Origin: Candidatus Wolfebacteria bacterium
GTDB taxonomy: Bacteria; Patescibacteriota; Minisyncoccia; UBA6257; UBA9933
Length of the DNA: 36,343 bases
NCBI GenBank assembly: GCA_016933365.1
Contig: JAFGBB010000032.1
Coordinates: 1-36,343 of the forward strand
Direction: 5' to 3'
Shown: piece by piece, positions 1 to 9,489 of the stretch
Position numbering within the stretch: position 1 is the stretch's first letter
Layout of the letters: the number at the start of each line of letters is the position of its first letter
Translations under genes and position numbers: made by a program
Notes under the pieces: generated by a model
The model's input: only the letters and a program-made list of their open reading frames with translations
What the model was told of the DNA's origin: nothing
Database searches by the model: none

Positions 1-46
1 AAGTCGAGCGTATTGGTTTAGGAAGAAGCACAAGATATAGAAAATT

Positions 47-709
47 ATGAAAATAAAAGATCTTCCAAAAGTTGATAGGCCGCGAGAAAAACTGGAAAAA
101 TACGGACCCGAAAAATTATCTGACTCGGAGCTTTTGGCCATTCTTTTAAGAACTGGTAGTAAAGGCATAAATGTAGTTGAGTTGGCCAGAAAGATTTTAG
201 GTAAGTTCAGTGGAAGCGGCTTGGCCAAGGCCGGCTTTAATGATTTAAAGAATACTTTTGGCCTTGGTGCGGCTAAGGCCTGTGAGATTGTAGCTTGTTT
301 TGAATTAGGCCGCCGGCTTCTGCAAAATAAGAAAAGTCAGATTTATCTAACTCCCAAGGATGTTTGGAATGAATTAAAGGATATTCGGGACAATAAAAAG
401 GAACATTTCGTCATTTTCTTTTTAGATGCGCGTAATCAGGAAATAAAAAGAGAGATTATTTCAGTTGGCTCCCTCAATGCCAATCTGGTTCATCCACGAG
501 AAGTATTTGAGCCAGCCGTACGCCATTTGGCCGCACAAGTAATTCTGGCGCATAATCATCCAGCCGGGGACTTGAAGCCATCTGAACAGGATATCGAAAT
601 CACTAAACGGCTTGTTGAGGCCGGCGATGTTTTAGGAATAGATATTGTGGATCATATCATTGTGACTCAAAATAGATTTTTAAGTTTTAAGCAAAAGAAA
701 TTAATATAA
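47..709 (+). CDS. radC: RadC-family JAB/MPN (JAMM) domain protein, copy 1
   Basis: 220-aa ORF. N-terminal LSDSELLAILLRTG segment and C-terminal JAMM signature HNHPAGDLKPSEQD (starts nt 551) are typical of RadC/YeeS. The stop lies 5 nt before the next ATG. Confidence 0.85.
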   Translation: MKIKDLPKVDRPREKLEKYGPEKLSDSELLAILLRTGSKGINVVELARKILGKFSGSGLAKAGFNDLKNTFGLGAAKACEIVACFELGRRLLQNKKSQIYLTPKDVWNELKDIRDNKKEHFVIFFLDARNQEIKREIISVGSLNANLVHPREVFEPAVRHLAAQVILAHNHPAGDLKPSEQDIEITKRLVEAGDVLGIDIVDHIIVTQNRFLSFKQKKLI

Positions 710-714
710 TTTTT

Positions 715-2463
715 ATGTCAAAGCGATTATATAAATCAAAAAAAGAAGAAATCAAAACCCAGAAAACTGGCACTTATTTTAATGCTAAAAATTCAGATAA
801 AAAGTCCTATGAGACTTACACCAAAGAGGATTTAATTGCAGAGGTTGAGCAGTTAAAAAAGCGTAAGCAGTATGGTTTAGTTTGGGAGGAGCAGGAAGAG
901 AAATTTGACAAAGACACGATCGGCAAATTGCCTGTTTTAAGGGAAGTCAAAAACAAAGAGATTAAAAAAGATAAAGATGGGCCGGTAAATCTTCTAATTG
1001 AGGGCGACAACTATCATTCGCTTTCGGTTCTAAATTACACTCACGAAAAATCTATCGATGTTATTTATATCGATCCTCCCTATAACACAGGAGCAAAAGA
1101 TTGGAAATATAACAATCATTATGTTGATATCAATGATGCGTTTCGACATAGCAAGTGGCTATCAATGATGGAAAAGAGGCTGAAGCTCGCAAAAAACCTT
1201 TTGCGAAGTGACGGTGTTTTAATATGCACTATAGATGAAAACGAACAAGCACATTTGGGTGTTTTACTCGAAGAACTGTTCCCAGATCACGAGATACATT
1301 GCATAACAATCGTTCATAATCCAAGAGGTGTTCAGGGCGATAATTTTTCTTATATGCACGAGTATGCATATTTTGTATTTCGTAGGGGATTAAAGGTTAT
1401 TGGAAGCAAACAGCGCGACGAAGTATTGGAAGAAGAATTAAGAGATCATGGCGGCGAATCCTTAAGAACGAATGCCAAAAATTGCTTTTACCCAATTCTT
1501 GTAAAGAACGGTCGGATTATAGGTTTCGGCGATGTGCCACATAAAGATTTTCATCCTAAAACAAAAAATGTTTACCGAAAAAAAGATAAAATCATTGAAG
1601 TTTGGCCTGTTGATGTAAAAGGTATTGAGAGAAAATGGGTTTTTGCGCGAAATACCGTTGAAGAAATTAAAGATAAATTATTTGTCAGTACCAAGAAAAA
1701 TGGAGAGATCGATATTTTTAGAAGAAAAGATACCCAAAAACCCAGAACGGTTTGGATTGGTACGAGATATGATGCAAGCACCTTTGGTTCGAAAATTGTA
1801 AATGGTCTTACTGGCACTACATTCCCATTTCCTAAATCTTTATTTAACACAAAAGACTGCCTCGAATGTGTTGTGAAGCAACGCAAGAATGCGGTTGTTC
1901 TTGACTATTTTGCTGGATCTGGAACAACTGGTCACGCGGTAATGTTGCTGAACAAAGATGATGACGGACAACGACAATTTATCCTATGCACGAATAATGA
2001 AAATAATATCGCTGAAGATGTTTGTTATCCGCGGATAAAGAATGTAATCAAGGGTCATAAAGATTACCCAGATATTACTGGAATGCCCGGCAATCTTAAA
2101 TATTACAAAACAGCGTTTGTTGGCGCCACGCCGTCTGATGCAAACAAAAAGAAACTCACGGATCAATCCACTGAAATGCTTTGTATCCGCGAGAATACTT
2201 TTGAGAAAGTTTTAGAAAGAAAACATTTTAAGATTTTCAAGAATAATCAAAAACACACAGGCATTTTATACGACCAAGTAGCAATCCCTGATTTTAAAAA
2301 GGTCGCAAAAACTATCAAGGGCCCGATACACACTTACATTTTCTCATTGGAAGATGAGGATTTTTCGTCTGAGTTTGAAGATATGAATGGCCGCATTGTG
2401 GTGTCGCCAATACCCGAAGTAATTTTAAGAGTTTATCGTAGAATATTTGGCATAAAAATATGA
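715..2463 (+). CDS. mod: Type III restriction-modification methyltransferase (Mod), beta-class N6A/N4C MTase
   Basis: 582 aa. Motif IV IYIDPPYN (DPPYN at 1072-1086) precedes motif I DYFAGSGTTGHA (1909-1932), the beta-class order typical of Mod. The stop overlaps the next start (ATGA at 2460-2463). Confidence 0.8.
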   Translation: MSKRLYKSKKEEIKTQKTGTYFNAKNSDKKSYETYTKEDLIAEVEQLKKRKQYGLVWEEQEEKFDKDTIGKLPVLREVKNKEIKKDKDGPVNLLIEGDNYHSLSVLNYTHEKSIDVIYIDPPYNTGAKDWKYNNHYVDINDAFRHSKWLSMMEKRLKLAKNLLRSDGVLICTIDENEQAHLGVLLEELFPDHEIHCITIVHNPRGVQGDNFSYMHEYAYFVFRRGLKVIGSKQRDEVLEEELRDHGGESLRTNAKNCFYPILVKNGRIIGFGDVPHKDFHPKTKNVYRKKDKIIEVWPVDVKGIERKWVFARNTVEEIKDKLFVSTKKNGEIDIFRRKDTQKPRTVWIGTRYDASTFGSKIVNGLTGTTFPFPKSLFNTKDCLECVVKQRKNAVVLDYFAGSGTTGHAVMLLNKDDDGQRQFILCTNNENNIAEDVCYPRIKNVIKGHKDYPDITGMPGNLKYYKTAFVGATPSDANKKKLTDQSTEMLCIRENTFEKVLERKHFKIFKNNQKHTGILYDQVAIPDFKKVAKTIKGPIHTYIFSLEDEDFSSEFEDMNGRIVVSPIPEVILRVYRRIFGIKI

Positions 2464-4646
2464 TTATACTAAGAGATTATCAAAAAGAGGCAGTAGACGA
2501 ACTCAAAGAAAGAACAAATAAATTATTAGACAAACCAAACAATCCGATTTGTATTTTTAAGGCGCCTACTGGTTCGGGCAAGACTATAATGATGGCAGAG
2601 TTTTTGAAGGAATTTATTGAACATCGGGACGATCATCGTTCTTTTGCTTTTATTTGGGCGGCCCCCAGAAAATTACACATTCAAAGCAAAGAAAAACTGG
2701 AGCAGTATTATTCTGACAGCAAAGCACTTCGCTGTTCTTTTTTTGAAGATTTAATGGATAAGAAAATCAGCGAGAGCGAGATTTTATTTTTAAACTGGGA
2801 GAGCATTAATAAGAAAGACAATCTCATTATTCGTGAAAATGAGCAAGAGAATAATTTATCTAAAATTCTTGAAAACACTCGGGAAGACGGACAGGAAATT
2901 ATTTTAATTATTGATGAAAGTCATCATGCGGCGCAGACCGACACTTCACAAAATCTTATTCGGGACATTGACCCCAGAGTAACCATTGAAGTTTCAGCTA
3001 CTCCTCATTTGAGTAGTGATTATAGAGTATTGGTTGAATTTTCTGATGTTAAGCGAGAGGGGATGATTAAAAAAGAGGTAGCAATAAACCCAGAATTTCA
3101 AAACATTAAAGTTAGTGGTAAAAGTGCCGATGAAGTTGTGCTGGATGCCGCCATCGGTAAAAGAAAAGAATTAGTCAAAGCATATAAAGATGAAGGTTCA
3201 GAAATTAATCCCTTGGTCCTTATTCAATTGCCGGATAAAAGAGTCGGTTCTTCGGATAAGAAAGATGAGATTATCGCTTTACTCAAAAAGAAAGGCATTG
3301 CGGTCAATAATGGCAAACTGGCAATTTATCTGTCAGAGGATAAGGAAAATTTGGCCAATATTGCTAAAAGCAACAATGACGCAGAAGTAATGATTTTTAA
3401 ACAAGCGATTGCACTTGGCTGGGATTGTCCTCGGGCCTCCATTTTAGTTTTATTCCGTGATTGGCGAAGTATCATTTTTTCAATTCAAACCATCGGCAGA
3501 ATCATGAGGATGCCGGAATTAAAGCATTACGAGGATCATCAAGAATTGAATCTTGGTTATGTTTATACCAACTTAAGTGATATTAGCATCCATGAAGATT
3601 TGGCCAAAGATTACATCACGATATTTGAGTCTAAGCGCCGGCCGGATTATAAGCCGATAAACTTGGCTTCTTGTCACTCAAAGCGTTTTCGTGAAGAAAC
3701 CCGTTTGGCATCATTTTTTATTCCTATTTTTCTCGATGCCGCCAAAGAATTGCGTTTAAAAGACAAAATTAATTTTAAGGTAAAAACAAGTGTCAGCGAG
3801 CTTATCGCCGAGGGTAAAATAGAAGAATTAGACCATGTTGTCGAGCACATAGAAAAAGCTGGCACGATAGCGATTGACCAGACGGCACTTGAACGACAAA
3901 ACGCTTTCAGTTCATTCATTGCCGAGGCACTCTCGCCCTTATATCCCGAGCCTCGTTCTGTGGGCCGGATTAGAGATTCTATTTACCGCTTCTTTTTAGC
4001 GGCTTTCAAGATGAATTACGAAGACGAGCAGGAGAAAATAATGAACATTGTTTTAAATAAACAAAACAGAGAATTTTTTAGAAATGTAATTGATCGGGCT
4101 AAAGAGTTATATCTTGAGAAAGTTGGCCGGGGTAAAAAGGAATTAATCACTGATGAAGAATGGGATATTCCGATAAGACTTAATTATAATAGTTTTTTTG
4201 AAGAGAAGAAATACAAAAACTCAATCATGCAACCTTTCTTCTACGATACCCGGGAGAGTCGGCGCTGGAAGACGGAAGAAGATTTTATTAAACATCTTGA
4301 AAAAGCTGGCGGCATTGATTGGTGGTTCAAAAATGGAGATCGCGATGCTACCTATTTTGCCGTGTCCTATACCGAAGCTGGCATAGATATGCCCTTCTAT
4401 GTTGACTTCATTGTGAAAATGAAAGACGGCCGGATTGGCTTGTTTGATACTAAGTCGGGCATCACCGCTAAAGTCGCCGGGCCTAAGGCCGAGGGCTTAG
4501 CTAAATACATCAAAGAGCAGAATAGGAAGGGTAGGAAACTATTTGGCGGTATTGCGACTCAAAAAGACAGCAATTGGCTTTATAATGACAGCGAGAAATA
4601 CGATGAAACCGATCCAAAACAATGGCAAATTTTGGATTTAGATTAA
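2460..4646 (+). CDS. res: Type III restriction enzyme Res subunit (SF2 helicase plus C-terminal PD-(D/E)xK)
   Basis: 728 aa. Helicase motif I KAPTGSGKT (2559-2585), motif II IIDESHH (2913-2924) and motif VI-like QTIGRIMR. C-terminal FYVDFIVK...GLFDTKSG reads as a D...DxK nuclease motif. Translationally coupled to mod. Confidence 0.75.
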   Translation: MIILRDYQKEAVDELKERTNKLLDKPNNPICIFKAPTGSGKTIMMAEFLKEFIEHRDDHRSFAFIWAAPRKLHIQSKEKLEQYYSDSKALRCSFFEDLMDKKISESEILFLNWESINKKDNLIIRENEQENNLSKILENTREDGQEIILIIDESHHAAQTDTSQNLIRDIDPRVTIEVSATPHLSSDYRVLVEFSDVKREGMIKKEVAINPEFQNIKVSGKSADEVVLDAAIGKRKELVKAYKDEGSEINPLVLIQLPDKRVGSSDKKDEIIALLKKKGIAVNNGKLAIYLSEDKENLANIAKSNNDAEVMIFKQAIALGWDCPRASILVLFRDWRSIIFSIQTIGRIMRMPELKHYEDHQELNLGYVYTNLSDISIHEDLAKDYITIFESKRRPDYKPINLASCHSKRFREETRLASFFIPIFLDAAKELRLKDKINFKVKTSVSELIAEGKIEELDHVVEHIEKAGTIAIDQTALERQNAFSSFIAEALSPLYPEPRSVGRIRDSIYRFFLAAFKMNYEDEQEKIMNIVLNKQNREFFRNVIDRAKELYLEKVGRGKKELITDEEWDIPIRLNYNSFFEEKKYKNSIMQPFFYDTRESRRWKTEEDFIKHLEKAGGIDWWFKNGDRDATYFAVSYTEAGIDMPFYVDFIVKMKDGRIGLFDTKSGITAKVAGPKAEGLAKYIKEQNRKGRKLFGGIATQKDSNWLYNDSEKYDETDPKQWQILDLD

Positions 4647-4656
4647 ATAAATTTTC

Positions 4657-7600
4657 ATGACGAAATCTAAAAATAATAGAGTAAACGAATTGGTCGAAAT
4701 CAACTTCGACCAATTTAGGATAAAGAACCCAAATTTCAGAGAGTCTTTTGAACAACTTTGTTATTATTTATTTTGTAGAAGGTTCAAGATAACAAAAGGA
4801 ATACTCCGTCATAAAAATCAGATTGGCATAGAAACAGAACCAGTTAAGGTTGATAAGCAATATATTGGATTCGAGTGTAAATTTTTTGAGAATAAGATTG
4901 ATACGAATGAATTAGTTAAAAAAATCAAAAAAGCAAAAGAGAAAAACCCCAAAATTACTAAGATTATCTTCTATCTAAATCAAGATTTTTTATCAGAAAG
5001 CCAAAAGAAGGGGCAGAAAAAATCAACTAAAATGTTAGAGATCGAAAAGGTAGCGAGCGAACAGAAAGTTGAGATTGAATGGGTTGTAAAAAGTCATTTC
5101 GAAATTTTACTTAACCAACCGTCAAACCTAGATTTGGCGGAGTTGTTTTTTGATGTCGGCGATGAGTTGGGTTTTATTAAAAACTATGCAAATCCAGATA
5201 TTCTTACTTTCCTTCAGTCAAAAGAATATATTAATTTGCCACTTCTTCATCAGGGGAAATCCTTAAGGTTTCCATCAGCCAGCATCTTAAAAAGTTTAAA
5301 GACAACTTTTTTAATTACGGGATGCCCGGGCTCTGGAAAGACTATCTTGATGCACAAATTGTTTCAAGAATTTGGCGGGCTAAACAAAAATAAAAATGAA
5401 CAGATGATTCGGGTTCTTCAAAAAAATTCAGCCGTGCCAATGTTGGTGAATTTAAAGAATTGTATCAGTGATAGTTTAGAAAATATTTTAAGAAATAGAC
5501 AAAACGATAGCAGGGTAAGAGGGCGAACACTAGGCTTTGTTTATATTTTTGACGGTTTAGACGAATTAAGCGAAGAGAAGGCCGATAATATGCTTGCATA
5601 TATGCGAGAACTTGAACAGCAGGATAATACAAAGAGGATTATTATTTCGTGCCGATCTGGCAACTTAAACAGGATTAAATTAAAAGTCTATCTGCCAAAT
5701 ATTATTGAATATGCAATAGCTGATCTCGAGATAAAACATATTAATCAGTATTTTGATGCAAAGGAAAATACATTAAAAAAGAAATTGCTATTAAGGCTCC
5801 AGAAAAATAACCAAGAACTTTTAAGTGAAATAAAAGATATACTTATGACGCGGTTGCTTTGGGATACCATAGTCAACTTGGATTCGCAAAGTGGCATTAT
5901 AGATTTACTGGAGAAGAAAATAGAGCTTTTATTGAATGATCCAAATCATAAGAAAAATATCGCAGAGTTGAACCTATTGAATCCTAAGGGTGAAAATTTA
6001 ATCACATTAAATCAAGATATTGCCTTTGAATTTCAGAAAAAATTCCAATTCAGATACTCGCAGAAGGAATTATACAACATTATTTTGGCTAAATTTCCAC
6101 GCCTTGATTATAGATCGGCGAATGAGCTTTTAAACTATCTTGCCGATCTATTTTTTGAATCTGAGTATACCCCAACCGAACGAAATCGCAGTTTCGTTTA
6201 TCAACATCGCAGATATCAAGAATTTTTCTTTGTTCAGAAATTAAAATCAAAGTATGAAAACAATCCAAAATCTCTGAGAGAATTAAATGTTTTATCGAAT
6301 CGAGATTTTCTTGAGAAATTATTTTTACGATATATGCGTAAACAATATGGGTTAGCGAGAAATTTAATTGGGATGATTGAAATGAATTTAATAGATGTAT
6401 ATTTAGGAAAACATAGCGGATACGGAGTGGATGACGCTTATTATTTAAACTCCGCTGCATTTATACCCTCGCTTGCAAGCCAAGAGAACCAATTATTCAT
6501 CCAGTTATTTGAGGATAATAATCTGGCGCTATCAGAAAAGATTAAAGTTGATTTAAAAGTAGTCAGAGATTATTTTGCGAAGTGGAAAAAAGATAAAGAT
6601 AATTTTAGAACTACCAATTATTTAAAAAGCATTTGGGAAAATGGTATAGCCTCTTTACTAACTAATGCCGCAGTCTTTTGGAGGGCCGGGAAGAAAAATT
6701 TGGCCATCCACCTTCTTAATGATATGAGCTCTTTGCAAAAGTTATATTCCAATAATAAGTTTCGCAAAGGTCTTCGCAAAGAGGATCATTTAAGAGATCC
6801 TTTTTGGGAAAGATGGGAAGATTATTTATATATTCTTATAGTTATCGATAACAAGACTCCAAAGAAAATTTTGGATAATCTTGTTAGGAAAAATTACAAA
6901 ATATTTTCAAGTGATCGCCCCTTCTCGTCTCAAGAAGAAGGTAAAGAAAAGTTGTTAAAATCGTTCTTCAGAGTTTGTCTGCGTGATAAAGCGAACGCTT
7001 TATTTAGGCTTATCGATACTTTTGACGAATTTGAATTCTCATCTTTTTTAGATGTTTTACTATCTATTGAATTCTTGCCGGCATTCATCAAGAATAAATC
7101 AATACACAAAAAAATTGCTTCCTTTTTACAGGATTTACATTCAGATTTAAATGAGAAAAACTATTTTATGACTTTTTATAAAAATTATTTTGGCATCAAA
7201 TTATCTAAAAAAGAAAGAAAATATTTAGAAACCGAACTTTCAAAATTAAGAAATGAAAGGAAGGTCGATTGGCATTTTCATCAAGCACCATTCAAATTTG
7301 CTATCATTTCTTATGTTTTAGCCAAAAACACTTTTGATGAATTGTTAAAGGATGCATCTGAGAACTCACCGTTTCGATATTATGACGAGTTAGCTTTATA
7401 TTCGGCTTTGTTCGCAGATTTTATAAGCTTGCTTTCTGAGAAAAAGAATATTGAGACAATAACAAGGGACTATCTTGCTTATGTAAATATTCATGATCAA
7501 CGATTGGGATTATATTTAAAAGTAGATATTTCTTTTTTGTGGGCCTATATTTTAACATATAGCAAAACAACTAATGATCGATTAAGAAATATCAAAAATC

Positions 7601-8928
7601 GCCTTATGATTACCGATAATAATATTGTTCCTTTTAGTTTTTGTTTAAAATTAAATCAATTAAATCCGTTGTTGCTTTGTTCTCTGTATAATGAAAATGA
7701 GATATCAGAATTTGAGAGTGTGCTGAAAGACATCGATGATTATTATGAATACATTAATGATTGTTTTTATCTATCCTCGTTTTTTTCTAAATTAAACAAG
7801 GAAAAGGCACGATTTTATTTCGTAAAGGGTATAAATGATGGCATATTGCGGCATGGCTACAGAAAAGATGTTATTGTGAGTTATTTACTCGTTGATGCTT
7901 TAGAGATCCTGTGGCGTAATAATTGGGAATCAAAAGAAAAACTCAAAGAATACACAAAGGCGGTATTTAATTTAGCGATGCGTGTAACTAAAATTAGCGA
8001 CGGGGCGGAAACATGGAGGGGCCCCTATAATGTGATTGATTTGATCGCAAAATACGATATTACCTTGGCGGAAGAATACAAAAAAGAACTAATTGCCGCA
8101 AAGGGTCATTCAAATTTCTCGAATTCGGTTATAACCTCTATCTTAATCGGGAAAGCCGAGAATGGTTTTCCGATCGAGGACATTGAAAGTGGAATGCAAA
8201 AGTATAGAAAAGATTACGATTACGAAAATAAGCCGTATACTGATACATACGAGCAAAAATTCAAAGTCTATTTGGGAATAGCTAAAAGTGGTTTATATAC
8301 CGAACAGCAAAAAAAAGAGGCATTTCAAAAAGCCTTCGATCAGGTTGAAGAAATGAAGAAAGCCGGAGTTACTTATTATCTGAGAGATATGGATTTTAAA
8401 GAGGAAAAAAATGACTTTAAAAAACTATGTAAGCAATACAATAAAACTTGCAATGTCTCTTTTGATGAGAAAAAAGAAGAATATCATATAAAAAGCAAAA
8501 TGTCAGAAAAAGATTTTATTAACAATGTGAGGAAAGCGAAAACAAAGCCAGCGATAAGGGGGTTATACGCCAGATTAAAAAATTATAAAAATGGGATTGA
8601 ATTAAAAAAACAAGAATCTTGGAAAATATTGATTAAAAAAACAGCCGAAATCACTGGTAATATAAAATTATTTGTAGATTTAATTCGGGATAATAGTTTC
8701 CCGCATACTGATTTTATGACACAAAATTCTAAGCATTTCCATTTTGGAGTTGCGGCCGCACTTGAAGATATTGGCATTAAAAACGAAATTCTTAATTATC
8801 TTTTTAAGAATACGGGGCATGGCGGTTTTATCAATATAATGAAGTCCTATGAAGTTAATGAAGATAAGGAAATGTGCAGAAAGTTATTCAGGAGATATCT
8901 TTTGTTTTGCGATTTATTGGTTAACTAA
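4657..8928 (+). CDS. STAND/NACHT-type P-loop NTPase with N-terminal Mrr-like PD-(D/E)xK domain and a long helical C-terminal region (Avs/bNACHT-like)
   Basis: 1423 aa. N-terminal FEQLCYYLF...QIGIETEP...IGFECKFF (E59/E61, E73-x-K75) resembles Mrr-cat nucleases. Walker A ITGCPGSGKT (5320-5343). Walker B/NACHT-like FVYIFDGLDEL (D299, D302, E303). More than 1000 aa of helical sequence follow with no motif I recognise. Starts 10 nt after the res stop. Confidence 0.7.
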   Translation: MTKSKNNRVNELVEINFDQFRIKNPNFRESFEQLCYYLFCRRFKITKGILRHKNQIGIETEPVKVDKQYIGFECKFFENKIDTNELVKKIKKAKEKNPKITKIIFYLNQDFLSESQKKGQKKSTKMLEIEKVASEQKVEIEWVVKSHFEILLNQPSNLDLAELFFDVGDELGFIKNYANPDILTFLQSKEYINLPLLHQGKSLRFPSASILKSLKTTFLITGCPGSGKTILMHKLFQEFGGLNKNKNEQMIRVLQKNSAVPMLVNLKNCISDSLENILRNRQNDSRVRGRTLGFVYIFDGLDELSEEKADNMLAYMRELEQQDNTKRIIISCRSGNLNRIKLKVYLPNIIEYAIADLEIKHINQYFDAKENTLKKKLLLRLQKNNQELLSEIKDILMTRLLWDTIVNLDSQSGIIDLLEKKIELLLNDPNHKKNIAELNLLNPKGENLITLNQDIAFEFQKKFQFRYSQKELYNIILAKFPRLDYRSANELLNYLADLFFESEYTPTERNRSFVYQHRRYQEFFFVQKLKSKYENNPKSLRELNVLSNRDFLEKLFLRYMRKQYGLARNLIGMIEMNLIDVYLGKHSGYGVDDAYYLNSAAFIPSLASQENQLFIQLFEDNNLALSEKIKVDLKVVRDYFAKWKKDKDNFRTTNYLKSIWENGIASLLTNAAVFWRAGKKNLAIHLLNDMSSLQKLYSNNKFRKGLRKEDHLRDPFWERWEDYLYILIVIDNKTPKKILDNLVRKNYKIFSSDRPFSSQEEGKEKLLKSFFRVCLRDKANALFRLIDTFDEFEFSSFLDVLLSIEFLPAFIKNKSIHKKIASFLQDLHSDLNEKNYFMTFYKNYFGIKLSKKERKYLETELSKLRNERKVDWHFHQAPFKFAIISYVLAKNTFDELLKDASENSPFRYYDELALYSALFADFISLLSEKKNIETITRDYLAYVNIHDQRLGLYLKVDISFLWAYILTYSKTTNDRLRNIKNRLMITDNNIVPFSFCLKLNQLNPLLLCSLYNENEISEFESVLKDIDDYYEYINDCFYLSSFFSKLNKEKARFYFVKGINDGILRHGYRKDVIVSYLLVDALEILWRNNWESKEKLKEYTKAVFNLAMRVTKISDGAETWRGPYNVIDLIAKYDITLAEEYKKELIAAKGHSNFSNSVITSILIGKAENGFPIEDIESGMQKYRKDYDYENKPYTDTYEQKFKVYLGIAKSGLYTEQQKKEAFQKAFDQVEEMKKAGVTYYLRDMDFKEEKNDFKKLCKQYNKTCNVSFDEKKEEYHIKSKMSEKDFINNVRKAKTKPAIRGLYARLKNYKNGIELKKQESWKILIKKTAEITGNIKLFVDLIRDNSFPHTDFMTQNSKHFHFGVAAALEDIGIKNEILNYLFKNTGHGGFINIMKSYEVNEDKEMCRKLFRRYLLFCDLLVN

Positions 8929-8976
8929 TAGGATATCTCTCACTAAATGGGCGAATTTGGGGGTAGAATAGAGTGA

Positions 8977-9072
8977 TTACGGCCGGAGGGCGTATTCGCG
9001 GCGGGTGGCTTTAATCAGGTTCATTTTCTCTTTAAGCGAGGCAATATACATCCAATCTTCTAAGGTTTGCAT
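8977..9072 (-). pseudogene. 31-codon GC-rich ORF remnant (MQTLEDWMYIASLKEKMNLIKATRREYALRP)
   Basis: Small minus-strand ORF in the GC-rich patch gccacccgccgcgaatacgccctccggccg. No promoter or SD visible. Probably a fragment of a decayed gene. Confidence 0.2.
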
Positions 9073-9095
9073 AAAACTTGGGCTCGGGAGCTAAT

Positions 9096-9124
9096 AAAAA
9101 AAACCAACAAAAGTTGGTTTTTTT
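9096..9124. terminator. A/T-flanked hairpin, bidirectional intrinsic-terminator-like
   Basis: aaaaaaaaccaac-aaaa-gttggttttttt: 12-13 bp stem, 4-nt loop, A-tract on one side and T-tract on the other. Confidence 0.55.
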
Positions 9125-9489
9125 ATAAGGTATATACAAAAAAACAGAAAATTTTTCTGTTTTGCCTGTCCGCCGTATTGAAGGATGTTTCTCTTATTCA
9201 GAAAAAAGCGGAAACGCTTTATTTAAATTCGCAAAAGGGCAAAAAGGAAGGGGGTTGGGGGATGCCCCGAAGGAGTTACTCCGCGATCTTACGGGGTAAA
9301 AAATTTTTTGCCTGCCTGCTCTGCCTGCCGAAGGTGCGACTGGGTTGGTCGGACGGGAGATGGCTATAAGTACGACTACTGTTTTGTATTGAATAACCTT
9401 TTACCATCTGTTGAAAAATGTTATTATTTACACGAACCAAGAAACGAAAGGTTAAGCGATCACTCCGCTATTATTTTAAATTTAAATTT

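Noticed and set aside
816-8777. Minus-strand and alternative-frame ORFs of 60-123 aa in the track that lie inside mod, res and the STAND gene (816-1010, 1572-1886, 1984-2166, 3190-3390, 3674-3919, 4198-4386, 4510-4755, 6089-6460, 8583-8777).
   Set aside because: All are fully embedded in long ORFs that carry strong family motifs. Their translations are low-complexity Ser/Leu/Phe-rich, as expected from antisense reading of AT-rich coding DNA, and they have no start context.
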